Shown here: one piece after another, positions 20,097 to 30,936 of the stretch
Layout of the letters: each line of letters begins with the position of its first letter
How positions within the stretch are numbered: position 1 is the stretch's first letter
Source: Acidobacteriota bacterium
GTDB lineage: Bacteria > Acidobacteriota > UBA890 > WLXD01
DNA length: 64,000 nt
Direction of reading: 5' to 3'
Assembly: GCA_963666215.2 (NCBI GenBank)
Contig: CAXWPL010000005.1
Coordinates: 1,472,001-1,536,000 of the forward strand
Made by a program: the position numbers and the translations under genes
The notes under the pieces: model-generated
Told to the model about the DNA's origin: nothing
The model's database searches: none
The model's input: only the letters and a program-made list of their open reading frames with translations

Positions 20097-20422
20097 CCGG
20101 CTGCGACCGTAGCATGTGGCCTGCATCCGTTTGGAGTGGCGAGAACACGGGTAGGAAATCGCCTTTCTGAGCATGAGGAGCATGAGGGTTTTCGGAGGCC
20201 TGGGCGAGAGCTGGAGGTCCTGGGGGTGACTTCTCGGCGGCTCGACAGCGGGATTAGAGTGCGCGGGCCTGGCGGCAGGTGGGTCGCGAGAGTGCTTGGG
20301 GGCGTGCGCGGCAGCGGGGCCCCCAGGAGTCCCCGGAGGGGGGCCTTTGCTTCACTCTGTCTGTTGTTTTCGTTACCCTGGAAGCTCGCAGTAGGTGGTC
20401 GCGCCCCCTACGGGAGAAAACG

Positions 20423-22264
20423 ATGATGAGAAAAGTCCATCGCATCGCCGCGCTGACGGTCTGCGTATCGTGTGCCACATACGGCGCCGCAAGCGGGCAG
20501 CGCAATGCTTATTTCGGCGATCTGCACATCCATACGCGATATTCCCTCGACGCCTTCGTTTTCGGCACCCGCGCTTCACCCGACGTCGCCTACAGCTATG
20601 CGCGCGGGGAGGCGATCACACATCCCGCCGGCTACCAGATCCAGCTCGATCGCGCGCTCGATTTCTACGCCGTCACCGACCACGGCGCCTATCTGGGCCT
20701 GTGGTCGGCGATGACCGACCCTGCTCATCCGCTCCACGACGCTCCCGAAACCCGTCGCTTCTTCGATCCGAAGACCATCAACGAGAGATACGCGGCCTTC
20801 CGGGCCGGCTCCTCGTTTCTCCGGGACCATCCCGACCCAGAGGCCTCACGTTCGGCCTGGCGGGAGATCATCGCCTCGGCGGAGCGCAACTACGAGCCGG
20901 GCAAGCTCACCACCTTCGTCGCCTATGAGTTCACGTCGTCGTACCCCGAGGGGGCCAATCAACACCGCAACGTCATCTTTCGCGGCGCGAATGCGCCCGA
21001 GCTGCCCTTCACCCGACTCGACTCGCCGAACCCCGAGGATCTCTGGGACTGGCTCGATGGTTTGCGAGCACAGGGCATCGAGGCGCTCGCCATCCCCCAC
21101 AACTCGAACCAGAGCGATGGCTACAAGTTCGCGCGCCAGAAGATGTCCGGGGAGCCCTTCGACGCGGCATACGCCCGACTGCGGATGCGCAATGAACCCT
21201 TGGTCGAGATGACACAGATCAAGGGCACCTCGGAGACACATCCGCTACTTTCCCCCAACGACGAGTGGGCCGACTTCGAGATCGAGCTTCTCACCCCGGC
21301 CGAATCGAGCCTCGACAAACTCCGTGGAAGCTATGTGCGCGACGCCTACCTTGCCGGTCTCGGCTTCGAGGAAAGGGAGGGCTTCAACCCCTACCGGTTC
21401 GGGGTGATCGGTGCGAGCGACAGCCATAATGCGGGAGCCGCTTACCAGGAGTCGTCCTACTTCTCCAAGCTCGGGATCATCGATGGGATGCCCGAGGGGC
21501 GGGGATCAGTGCCCCCGGGAGGAGCTACCAGCTGGAAGGACGCAGAGCGAGCCCCCGGATCCGACGCGACGACCTCAGGGCCGCTACCGGCAACGGAGAG
21601 GTTCGCGACCTGGGGCGCTTCAGGTCTGGCGGGCGTATGGGCCGAGGAGAACACGCGCGAATCGATCTACGACGCCTTCCGCCGCAAAGAGACCTTCGCC
21701 ACCACCGGACCACGGATCCGTGTGCGTTTCTTCGGCAGCTACGGCTTCGGCGACGATCCGCTAGAAGACGAGGATCTCGTGACGAAGGCCTACGAGCACG
21801 GGGTACCGATGGGCGCCGACCTCCCTGCGCGGCGGCGTGGCGTGCCGCAATTCCTGATCTGGGCGATGCAGGACCCCGAGTCCGCCAAGCTTGACCGTGT
21901 TCAAGTGATCAAGGGCTGGATCGAGGACGGCGAGCCACAGGAGCGGGTCTACGATGTCGCCTGCTCCGACGGTCTGGAGGTCGACTCCGAGACCCACCGC
22001 TGTCCCGATAACGGCGCTCAGGTGGACCTCACAGACTGCACCGTCAGCGCCGACGTCGGTTCAACGCAGCTCAAGACACTCTGGACCGATCCCGAGTTCG
22101 ACCGCCGTCAACGTGCCTTCTATTACCTGCGAGCCCTGGAGAATCCGACCTGCCGCTGGACCACCTGGGACGCCATCCGGGCGGGCACGCCGCCCCGGCC
22201 CGGTCCTGCGGCAACGCTTCAGGAGCGCGCCTACTCATCTGCGATCTGGTTGATACCGCGATAA
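20423..22264 (+). CDS. Secreted DUF3604 domain protein
   Basis: FGDLHIHTRYSLDA, VTDH, HRNVIF, IPHNSN, EMTQIKGTSETHP, SDSH and QERAYSSAIW. Confidence 0.9.
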   Translation: MMRKVHRIAALTVCVSCATYGAASGQRNAYFGDLHIHTRYSLDAFVFGTRASPDVAYSYARGEAITHPAGYQIQLDRALDFYAVTDHGAYLGLWSAMTDPAHPLHDAPETRRFFDPKTINERYAAFRAGSSFLRDHPDPEASRSAWREIIASAERNYEPGKLTTFVAYEFTSSYPEGANQHRNVIFRGANAPELPFTRLDSPNPEDLWDWLDGLRAQGIEALAIPHNSNQSDGYKFARQKMSGEPFDAAYARLRMRNEPLVEMTQIKGTSETHPLLSPNDEWADFEIELLTPAESSLDKLRGSYVRDAYLAGLGFEEREGFNPYRFGVIGASDSHNAGAAYQESSYFSKLGIIDGMPEGRGSVPPGGATSWKDAERAPGSDATTSGPLPATERFATWGASGLAGVWAEENTRESIYDAFRRKETFATTGPRIRVRFFGSYGFGDDPLEDEDLVTKAYEHGVPMGADLPARRRGVPQFLIWAMQDPESAKLDRVQVIKGWIEDGEPQERVYDVACSDGLEVDSETHRCPDNGAQVDLTDCTVSADVGSTQLKTLWTDPEFDRRQRAFYYLRALENPTCRWTTWDAIRAGTPPRPGPAATLQERAYSSAIWLIPR

Positions 22265-22603
22265 GGAGTGGCCCGCAACTCGCCAGCTCTCCGAGCAGCT
22301 TGCGGTCGTCACGCTCCGCTCCGGCCGCCGCCGGCGATAGGCCTGGCTGTGAGCCGCCTCTGCCATTGCCTCCCGTCGAAGACAAGAGACGGAAAGCGGC
22401 GCTCAGATCTGGCACCGATCGCACCTGATGCTCTTCCGCCCCGAGCTCGGCTTCCGCTCGAACCTCGCCGGGGAGCGACCGTGGGCGGCAGGTCGGTGAC
22501 CGGTTGCGAGGCGTGACGAGCGCTCCGCCGACGAGTACGCCGGGGGCAGGGGACGGGGATAGGGGTCTTATGTCAACGGGGGTGTCTAATGCCGCCTTTA
22601 GTC

Positions 22604-23425
22604 TTACTCCTTGGGTTGAGCGTATGAGAAGGGGAACAGTGGCCCGAGTTCAATTGCGTCGGTTCGGAAATGGGCGATGGCTTGGTACTCGTCACTTGCG
22701 ATCATTTCTAGGAAGGTCTCGATGGACGGGTAGCTGACGAGTAGCAGGCGATCGATTTCTTCGTCGGAGATGACGGGGCCGACACCTTTTAGGACGTAGA
22801 CGGTAGCGCCGCCGCGCTTCTTGACCCCCGTGCTCGCGGGGGGGCCGTATTTTGTAAAGTATTGTTCTCGACCGGCGTCGCCGGCGAAGCGCAGCAGGTT
22901 AAGGATGTAGACCGTGTCAGCGCTCGGAGGCGGCGAAAGGACCGGCATCGGGAAGTTCCTCGGCGGAGGGGAAGGCATCTCGCCGGAAAAGGCGTAGACG
23001 AATGACGCGTCGACGGAGGCCAAGCGATTCGGAAGCGCGCCTTCGGTGCTGCCGGCCATGTCCATGACGGCCTGCATGGAGGGGTATTTGCGGAATGTCA
23101 CGCGGTCCCAGCTGGTGTGATCGACCGCGCCCAGAGTGTGAAGGTGGGGAACGGGCTCGGTGCCGTTCAGTTTGGTCGCGTCGACCTTGCGCGCGGTGCC
23201 ACGGAACACGACCGCGCCGCCGAGGCTCTTGAGTTTCTCTTCGACGATGCCGTCGTAGATGGCGTATTTCTCTTCGCCGCCAGGCTTGAACTTGACGAGG
23301 TCCATGACGACGACGGGGCCTTCTACGTTGGCTCTGAGGAGGTCGGCTATGCCGCCGACGTCCTGGGCGGAGGCGGTGGTGTTAACTAACAGAATGGAAA
23401 GAATCGTTGCGATAATATTCGTCAT
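22604..23425 (-). CDS. Secreted tandem DUF1330-like (dimeric alpha-beta barrel) protein
   Basis: Signal peptide; two units of the form (M/I)(D/L)NL(V/L)(K/R)F...Y..Y...YPS. Confidence 0.65.
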   Translation of the reverse strand: MTNIIATILSILLVNTTASAQDVGGIADLLRANVEGPVVVMDLVKFKPGGEEKYAIYDGIVEEKLKSLGGAVVFRGTARKVDATKLNGTEPVPHLHTLGAVDHTSWDRVTFRKYPSMQAVMDMAGSTEGALPNRLASVDASFVYAFSGEMPSPPPRNFPMPVLSPPPSADTVYILNLLRFAGDAGREQYFTKYGPPASTGVKKRGGATVYVLKGVGPVISDEEIDRLLLVSYPSIETFLEMIASDEYQAIAHFRTDAIELGPLFPFSYAQPKE

Positions 23426-23480
23426 CGGCAATTCTCCAACACTAAAGGAACTAAAAGGGGTTAATCAGGCAAGGCAAAAC

Positions 23481-24386
23481 TCAAATTACGCCACCCAGCG
23501 ATGACTCGGGCAGGGTCGGCACGGTGGCCGGGCTGCAGATCCGACTCATGGCCGCCGCCTTGTGGCGATAGATGTCGCGGAACTCGGGGGTCAATTCTAT
23601 CTCCATAAAGTCGTGCAAGCTGGGGTAGCGCACGATGTTCAGGCGCCACCAGCGGACGTCGGGAGGGTTGAGGGCGTCGGGCACGTCGGCGCCGGCCAGG
23701 AGCTCGCGGTCCAGCGTCGCCAGCTCCCCGCCGCCCCGGTAGCGTCCGTAGGCGTCGAGGCCGGACGAGCCGGGATACTCGCCGTCGGGGTAGTACGCCT
23801 CCTCGCGGAGCTCGATGAGGTTCACGACATGAATTGCCGTGTCCGCCGCATCGTCGGAGGTCACCTGCCGCGGCGCTGCGGGTGGCTGCCGTGGCACGGC
23901 CACCACCACCTGCCCGGCCGCCACCGCGGCCTCACGATGCACGAGGGCCGCCTCCTGCGCTGCGCTGCGCTCCACCGTTTCCCACGCTCGCCAGCTCGGG
24001 TAGTGCTTCAACACCACGATGTCCCAGTCGCAGTAGGGCTTGATGGGCCAGTCCTCTGGGCGACCGGGTATCGTCCGGCGTAGGACGTTGTTCACGAGCA
24101 GGGTCGTCACGCCGGCCTCTTCCTCGACCGCACGCAGGCCCGCGAGATAGGCATGGTAGGCGGCTGTGGGAGTCTTGAGACCGAACGCTGTGCCGTCCGG
24201 GTAGGCGACAGCTCGCCGCAGCTTCACTTCCTCCAGGCGGTGGAAGGCGCCGTCGCCGTGACTCTCGGCCAGACGCGCCCCCAGCTCGGTCCGGGGGGCG
24301 TCCTGCGCCACCACCGCGCCACCGGCGAACGCCAGGTAGAAGACTAGGCTCAGACCTGAGCGAGGCACCATCGTACGATCGGTCAT
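23481..24386 (-). CDS. Secreted tandem DUF1330-like protein
   Basis: Two repeats containing AYYPDG..SG.(D/A)AY and YPS...HR/HK.AA. Confidence 0.6.
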   Translation of the reverse strand: MTDRTMVPRSGLSLVFYLAFAGGAVVAQDAPRTELGARLAESHGDGAFHRLEEVKLRRAVAYPDGTAFGLKTPTAAYHAYLAGLRAVEEEAGVTTLLVNNVLRRTIPGRPEDWPIKPYCDWDIVVLKHYPSWRAWETVERSAAQEAALVHREAAVAAGQVVVAVPRQPPAAPRQVTSDDAADTAIHVVNLIELREEAYYPDGEYPGSSGLDAYGRYRGGGELATLDRELLAGADVPDALNPPDVRWWRLNIVRYPSLHDFMEIELTPEFRDIYRHKAAAMSRICSPATVPTLPESSLGGVI

Positions 24387-24602
24387 CGCGACCTCCTTTC
24401 GTTGGCACATAAATCGTGGATGAATACCTACAGACCACTAAATACGGTATGTTTAGAGTCCGCCCCTGGGCACCATCTTTTTTCAGTGTATACCAGACAC
24501 ATCTGTCTCATGAGTTGATCCCTTGCGAATTTCTTAAGCTATTAAACTATTAGTGTCCCCAATTGGTTACTGGCGCTGATATTAACTGTGATGAAAATCA
24601 TC

Positions 24603-24730
24603 TCACCGAACCGGGCTTGACCAGGCGACTGCATCGTTGGCCTGCTCGATCTTGAAATAATGGTAGTCGCCCTGATCAGGATTATCAGTATCGGTGAATG
24701 CAAAGTTAAGGACGGATAGGAAATCGCTCT
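24603..24730 (-). pseudogene. C-terminal remnant of a long-form DUF3604 gene
   Basis: FTDTDNPDQGDYHYFKIEQANDAVAWSSPV parallels the C-terminus of 1067-3652. Confidence 0.65.
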
Positions 24731-24897
24731 TCTGAGCATGATGCGATCCGGTAGTGACAAAGAAAATGGAGTTTGAATTATGCCTCGAGTAGTAGAGACT
24801 ATTCCTGATGCATTGGCTGCAGAGGCCGAGGCCGCCCGGGCTTGGTTCTCCAAGGAAAGCGGAAGTGATTTCAAGTTGACCGGGATTGTCGATCCCC

Positions 24898-25025
24898 CCG
24901 TTCGCTTCGCTCACGAAGGTGCCAGCCTCTTGTTGAGGACCCGCGCGGCGGACCACCCGGGAGCAGATCCATCTGAATGGAGGGCAGAATGTTCGGCTGG
25001 CACCCTGGCAGCTGAAGGCTGCCGG
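24898..25025 (+). repeat. 128-bp REP/REPIN-like repeat, copy 1
   Basis: Near-identical to 36515-36641; internal IR GGTGCCAGCC...GGCTGGCACC; terminal hairpin GGCAGC-TGAAG-GCTGCC. Confidence 0.85.
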
Positions 25026-25287
25026 GCCCGCGCCTCTTTGTTGGGGTGCTCTCGCAGGATGGGGGACCGGGGTGCCCGGCGGCTGGTCGAGTCACGGAAA
25101 CGCGGGTGCTCTTCTTCGGGCGCGGCCGGTCAGAGCCATCTCAATCGAGATTCGCCAGACTTTGAGGTCAAAAGAGAATCTAAAAGAATACGGGGAAATT
25201 AGAATTTCAACTACCGCTGCCCATACACAGATATCCAGCACGGTACCTCTCAAACCTCTTTATATCTTATTCGCGCCCATTACTAGC

Positions 25288-25980
25288 CTATTTGCCGGAA
25301 ATGACTCGCAGATTGCTAAAGTAACCCACCGTACCTGGGCCGATACGTAGTGCGATGGCGCCTTTAACATCACCCAGTTTAAGGTCGTTCACAATCAGGG
25401 TCGGTTGATCAGAACCGTGCACATAGAGTTGGGCTGTCGTACCCGCTACCTCTACTTTCATCTTCGTCCACTCTCCCGGAACCAGATCGACATACGCTTC
25501 GTATTTGGAAGGGACCGATTCTCTCAGGGTTCGCCATGAGTAGTCCGGAAAGGACACATACTGGCTAGCATGATTGCGGCGGACCTGATCGTTGGCCCTT
25601 CCGTTGGTCGGTCGAAGATAAATGCATTCATACTCGGAGACGTCTGTATTCACATGGAAAGCAACTCCGATGAACCCACGTGCCCCAGGGTTGGCTCCAG
25701 GAAGTGGCATCCCAGCAACATCGACTTCGATCACGCCGTTGTGAAAATCGAATTGTTCAATTACCAGCAACTTGTCGGGACCGGAATTCTTGAATGCCTC
25801 CGCTTCAGTCACACGCAGCGCTTTCCTCCCCTTGTAGTTCGTAGTCTCGACTACCACCTTGTGAGGGTGGAGCGATTCCAGCTTGTGCAAATCAATCTCT
25901 TCAGCGAAACTAACAATTGGTAGGGAGATCAGCCAAGCGAGGGTAAAATATTTGGGAAGTTGTTGGAAGAAAAAGAGCAC
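25288..25980 (-). CDS. Secreted DUF1080/concanavalin-like domain protein, lower GC
   Basis: FHNGVIEVDVAG, RGFIGVAF, YLRPTNGR, GEWTKMK and FSNL. Confidence 0.65.
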   Translation of the reverse strand: MLFFFQQLPKYFTLAWLISLPIVSFAEEIDLHKLESLHPHKVVVETTNYKGRKALRVTEAEAFKNSGPDKLLVIEQFDFHNGVIEVDVAGMPLPGANPGARGFIGVAFHVNTDVSEYECIYLRPTNGRANDQVRRNHASQYVSFPDYSWRTLRESVPSKYEAYVDLVPGEWTKMKVEVAGTTAQLYVHGSDQPTLIVNDLKLGDVKGAIALRIGPGTVGYFSNLRVISGK

Positions 25981-26328
25981 GATGAAAATTTAAAACTAAA
26001 AGTTGAAATGATAAGCCAAAATCCTCTGCGTCTCAGCGCCTCTGCGCGAGGCTTAATCAACTCCTCGTTCCGCCAGCTCAGCATCAATGAGATCGAGGAT
26101 CAAATGTTGGTCACGCACCAAGGCGTCCATATTGTTGGCGACTAAATGTGACCAGGAACGTTTAAACCGAGATTTGCCATTTGGTTCTCTCCTCCAGTTC
26201 GAGACCCAGGATTGGAGGCCATACTACCGGACTCGCCGCCGTGTCTTGGACGGGGCCGCCCCCAGCGAGTCTCCCAAAGCTGTGGGGGGCGAATACCCGT
26301 CACCTTCCGTAGCGGTCGGTAGAGTCGG

Positions 26329-28675
26329 TGAACCGCCCCGACTTCACCGGAGACTCCAAACCTTGAGAGGATTGGAGTCATGTCAAGAAGCAGATTCTCA
26401 CCAGAAGTCCGGGACCGTGCTGTACGCCTGGTCTTTGACCAGGAAGTACAGGGCGGATTCAACTGGTCGTCGCAACATCTCGTGATGGAGGTGTTTCGAT
26501 GGGAGTTGGCAAGTGTCAGGGTGCGATTCGAGCGATGCGTGGCCAGATGCGGTCACCTGGCCGGCCCTCGACAGCGCGGCGCGAGGACCGGATCCGGTTC
26601 TGGGAGACGATCGCTCGTGGGGCGTCCAGCGAGGACGCCGCAACAGAGGCTGGGGTGTCGCCGGCTGTCGGGTCGAGATGGTTCAGGCAAGCTGGTGGAA
26701 TGCGACCTATCTCGTTGGCTCCGGTGTCGGGGCGTTATCTGTCGTTCGCCGAGCGTGAAGAGATCGCCATCCTTCACGCTCAGCATGTTGGGGTACGTGA
26801 GATCGCTCGCCGCCTGGGTCGTTCACCGTCGACGATTTCGCGGGAGCTGCGCCGCAACGCGGCGACTCGCAGCCGTGCCGTAACTTATCGGGCCACGACT
26901 GCGCAGTGGCACGCGGAGCGGCGCGCCAGCCGTCCGAAGGTCTCCAAGCTTGCCGCGAACGATGCCTTGCGGAGTACGTGCAGAACCGCCTCGCCGGCGT
27001 GATCGCAAGGCCTGACGGGGAGCTGGTGCCGGGTCCGGATGTGCGTTGGATCGGCCGTCGGCACGGCCGTCGCCAGGATCGGCGTTGGGCGAAATCCTGG
27101 AGTCCGGAGCAGATCTCGAACCGGCTTCGGATTGATTTCCCCCATAATGAGTCGATGCGGATCTCTCACGAGGCGATCTACCAAGCGCTCTACATCCAAG
27201 GTCGAGGAGCCCTCAAACGCGAGCTCGTCGCGTGCCTGCGAACCGGGCGAGCGCTACGAGTGCCGCATGCGCGAACCCGGGGGAGAGGCAAGAAATTTGT
27301 AACTCCGGAGATCATGATCAGCGAACGCCCCGCCGAAGCCGGCGACAGGGCCGTGCCGGGTCACTGGGAAGGCGACCTGATCGTCGGGCTCGAGAGCTCA
27401 GCGATCGGGACCCTCGTCGAACGCACTACGCGGTTCACGATGCTGCTGCACCTGCCCCGCATGGAAGGGCACGGGACCGAATCGAGGGTGAAGAACGGGC
27501 CGGCCCTCGCCGGGCACGGCGCCGAAGCCGTCCGTGACGCGATCGCGGTGTCAATCACCACGCTGCCCGAGCAGCTCCGCCGGTCCTTGACCTGGGACCA
27601 GGGCGCCGAGATGGCTCAACACGCTCAACTCCGCGTCGATACCGGCCTCGCGATCTACTTCTGCGACCCGCACAGCCCCTGGCAGCGGGGCACCAACGAG
27701 AACACCAACGGACTACTACGCCAGTACTTCCCGAAGGGCACCGACCTTGTCAGATACTCCTGCGACGACCTCGCCGCGGTCGCGCTCGCACTCAACGGCC
27801 GACCCCGCAAGACCCTCGGCTGGAGAACCCCTGCCGAAGTCTTCGATGAGCTTGTACACTCTGCTCACCAAGGCAACGCTGCGACGACTCCTTGAACCCA
27901 AGCAGTACGCCTCGAAGGCTTACCAGGATCGGCTGGCTGAGCTGCGGTTTCGCTGCAGCATGTCCGGCGTCGGAAATTGTTATGACAATGCGGTCTTGGA
28001 GAGCTTCTTCGACAGTCTCAAGACCGAGGTCTGGGACCGACCCTTCGAGACTCGTCAGCGAGCTCACGACGAAGCGGTTTCTTACCTCGAAGTGTTCTAC
28101 AACCTGAGACGCCAGCATTCGACGCTCGGATTCCTGAGCCCCGAGGCCTTCGAAGGGGCAGCGTGAACTCACGCGCGACCGGCGGTCGGATCCGAAGGGA
28201 GGCTGCGCTCCCCGAACCTCGCACAGCCTCGTCCGAAGCTGACTACCCGAACTGATGCAGAATAGGAACTGCCCCGATGGGGCTTAACTTGGTGTCCACG
28301 AAACCGTGACCGCTCAGAACCCCTGCCGAAGTCTTCGATGAGTTTGTACACTCTGCTCACCAAGGCAACGTTGCGACGACCCCTTGAACCCAAGCAGCAC
28401 GCCTCCCAGTGGTCAGCGATCCGGTGGGTGGCGTCGAAAATCGGCTGCTCGGCGGAGACCCTACGCAACTGGGTGCGGCAGGCCGAACGAGACGCGGGCC
28501 GAAGACCCGGTTTGACGACGAGCGAGCTCGAAGAGCTGAAACAGCTGAAGCGCGAGAACCGTGAGCTCAAGCGAGCGAACGAGATCCTGCGTAAGGCGTC
28601 GGCGTATTTCTCCCAGGCGGAGCTCGACCGCTGACCGAGGTGATGGTGTTGTTTATCGAAGAGCACCGGGATGTC
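26329..28675 (+). mobile_element. IS3-family element (IS51-like left end); orfA interrupted by the IS30 composite, orfB truncated
   Basis: IRL TGAACCGCCCC; orfA MSRSRFSPEVRDRAVRLV (26380-26451) resumes at 28398 with HASQWSAI...LKRANEILRKASAYF. Confidence 0.85.
26452..28394 (+). mobile_element. IS30-family element plus one 492-bp tail; transposase frameshifted near 26970
   Basis: IRL GGCGGATTCAACTGGTCGTCGCAACA; GHWEGD, WDQGAE and WQRGTNENTNGLLRQYFPKG; IRR at 27902 and again at 28394; CAG duplicated at 26449 and 28395. Confidence 0.9.
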
Positions 28676-29030
28676 TGCTCTGGAGAAAACCCGAATTGTA
28701 GCGGAGGCGTCCACGAGCATCCGGGATCTATCGCTGGCCGGCATCCGGCTTCGCTACCCGAAGGCCTCAGAGGACGAATGCCGCCTGCGCTACGCATTGA
28801 TCACTCTCGGTCGATCCGTAGCCTGCCAGGCGTACCCGGAAGCCGAGGCGCTGGTCGCTCGCTGACTCCTGTGGCAGCGAACCCGATCGACGTCGCTCTT
28901 CTAGTCGCTCAGGTCCTCCAGGACTGCGAGGTGCGCTACTTGGTAGGTGGCTCGATCGCCAGCTCTGTCAGCGGCGAGCCGCGCTCGACGCTCGACGTCG
29001 ATCTCGTCGTGGAGCTGAGGCAGACACGAG
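28671..29030 (+). pseudogene. Truncated small-ORF plus nucleotidyltransferase (TA-like) pair
   Basis: GIRLRYP small-ORF remnant; YLVGGSIASSVSGEPRSTLDVD NTase motif, cut off by the convergent gene. Confidence 0.6.
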
Positions 29031-29034
29031 TCTC

Positions 29035-30762
29035 TCAGGGAGCGACGTACCAGATGGGCGAGGTGTAGGCGCGCTCCTGGATGGCGGTCGCGGGACGGTC
29101 TCCTCGTCGGGAGGGCCCCATGGGGGTAGGGATCTCGAGTACGCGCACGTAGTAGAAGGCGTTGAGCCGGGGATCGAAATCCGGATCGGTCCATACGCCC
29201 TGGAGCTCCGCTGCACCGATCGAGTTGTCGTAGGTCTGGGCCGCCAGGTCGACCGTGGTGCCGACCGCAGGAAGCTTGCCGTCGGCGCCGCGCCTCCGGT
29301 CGCCCGACCCTACGACGTCGTAGACCTGCTCGGCGCTCTCGCCGTTCTCCGACCAGCCCTTGACGATCTGGATGCGGTCGAGGTGGGCACCCTCGGGGTC
29401 CTTGATCGCCCACACGACGAAGCTCGGCGGTCCGCTCTGGTCGTCTCCCGGCAGGTCGGTTCCCATCGGCACACAGCAGGCGTAGGCCTTCTCGACCCAG
29501 CCTGCCCGTTCGGGGTCGACTCCATCGGCATCGAAGCTGCCGAAGAAGCGCGCCCGGATGCGGGGTCCGGTCGTTCCCCAGGTCTCCCGGCGTCGCAGTG
29601 CCTCGAAGACGGAGGTACGGTCGTTGCGCTCCGCCCAGAGCCCCGTCAGCCCCGACAGCGTCCGGGTGTTCGCGTTGATGCGGTACACCTCGGGGCGCGC
29701 TGCCGTCGGCGGGAGCCGCTCGGCCGACGGTCTGCCGGAGTGGCTGTCGGTGGCCGCCACCAGGCCGAAGCGATAGGGATTGAAGCCGAGCTCGTCCTGG
29801 AGCTCGAGGCCGGTACGGTAGGCGTCGCGCACGTAGCCGCCGGCAAACTCGGTGACCTCTTGCTCTCCACGGCTGCCCACCAGGTACTCATGCAACCAGA
29901 AGTCGGCGAACTCGTCGTTGGGGCTGAGCGAGGGGTGGGTCTCCGACTGGCCCTTCTGCTGCGTCACCTCCACCAGCGGCTCGTTGCGCATGCGCTGCTC
30001 GGCGTACTCCGCCGTCAACGGTCGGTCCTGGCTGTCGACGCGCTCGAACATGATGCCGTCGGAGAGGTTCGAGTTGTGGGGGATGGCAAGAGCCTCGTGG
30101 CCTCCCTCGCGGTGGCGGTCCATCCACTCCCACAAATCCTCGGGCCGCTCGGTGTCATGACGCGAGAGGGGCACGGGTGCCGTGTCGCCCTTGAAGATGA
30201 CGTTACGGTGCAGGTTGCGCCCGTCGGGCGTCGCCGTCCACTCGTAGCCGATGAGAGTCGTGAAGACGCCGGGCTCATAGTGCTCATTGGCAAAGGCGAC
30301 GATTCGCTCCCAGCTTTCTTTCTGCACCTCCGGGAGCATCAGCTCGTGGAAATCCTGACCGGCCCGAGAGGCTGCGAGGATCTTGCCAAACACCGAGCGC
30401 CGCTCGGCGGGGTCGTCACTGAGCACGCTCCGCGCCAGTGGATGCTCGGCGTAGGGGTGGCCCTCCTCGCTCATCCTTACGAACGAGCCGAGGAAGAAGG
30501 CGTGGTCGGTGACCGCCATGAAGTCGAGCGGCTGGGTGAGCCGGTAGGTCTGCCCGCCTTGCACCCAGGGCTTGCCCTTGGCGAACTCGTAGGCGTCGCC
30601 GGGCGTCATCGCCGTGCCGGCGTAGGCGTCGAACGAGTATCTCGTGTGCATGTGCAGCTCGCCGAAGAGCGCCTTGCGCTCGGCCGGACCCGCCGCCGGC
30701 GCGGTCGTGCCGCCTATCCAGGACATCAGGGCCGCCAGGGCGGCCGCTCTCGTTGATACCAT
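29035..30762 (-). CDS. Secreted DUF3604 domain protein
   Basis: FGELHMHTRYSFDA, VTDH, HRNVIF, IPHNSN, KGQSETHP and QERAYTSPIW. Confidence 0.9.
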   Translation of the reverse strand: MVSTRAAALAALMSWIGGTTAPAAGPAERKALFGELHMHTRYSFDAYAGTAMTPGDAYEFAKGKPWVQGGQTYRLTQPLDFMAVTDHAFFLGSFVRMSEEGHPYAEHPLARSVLSDDPAERRSVFGKILAASRAGQDFHELMLPEVQKESWERIVAFANEHYEPGVFTTLIGYEWTATPDGRNLHRNVIFKGDTAPVPLSRHDTERPEDLWEWMDRHREGGHEALAIPHNSNLSDGIMFERVDSQDRPLTAEYAEQRMRNEPLVEVTQQKGQSETHPSLSPNDEFADFWLHEYLVGSRGEQEVTEFAGGYVRDAYRTGLELQDELGFNPYRFGLVAATDSHSGRPSAERLPPTAARPEVYRINANTRTLSGLTGLWAERNDRTSVFEALRRRETWGTTGPRIRARFFGSFDADGVDPERAGWVEKAYACCVPMGTDLPGDDQSGPPSFVVWAIKDPEGAHLDRIQIVKGWSENGESAEQVYDVVGSGDRRRGADGKLPAVGTTVDLAAQTYDNSIGAAELQGVWTDPDFDPRLNAFYYVRVLEIPTPMGPSRRGDRPATAIQERAYTSPIWYVAP

Positions 30763-30936
30763 CGCGCTCTCCTTGCTTATGGAAACCGAGGTGAGAGGGG
30801 CCCTCCCCTGGGGCTGAGCGCATTACGGCTCCTCCTACCTGGATGAGGTGAAGGCCGTAAGGCCCCGCGGTGGGGAGAGCTGAACCCGTACATTGTGGAC
30901 GGAAACACAGCGGATTGCACAGAGACGCCGTCTCCA

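Noticed and set aside
29383-30756. Long antisense or alternate-frame ORFs (also 2396-3487, 4973-6178, 41836-43098, 54604-55782)
   Set aside because: Shadow ORFs of GC-rich genes with no recognisable motifs
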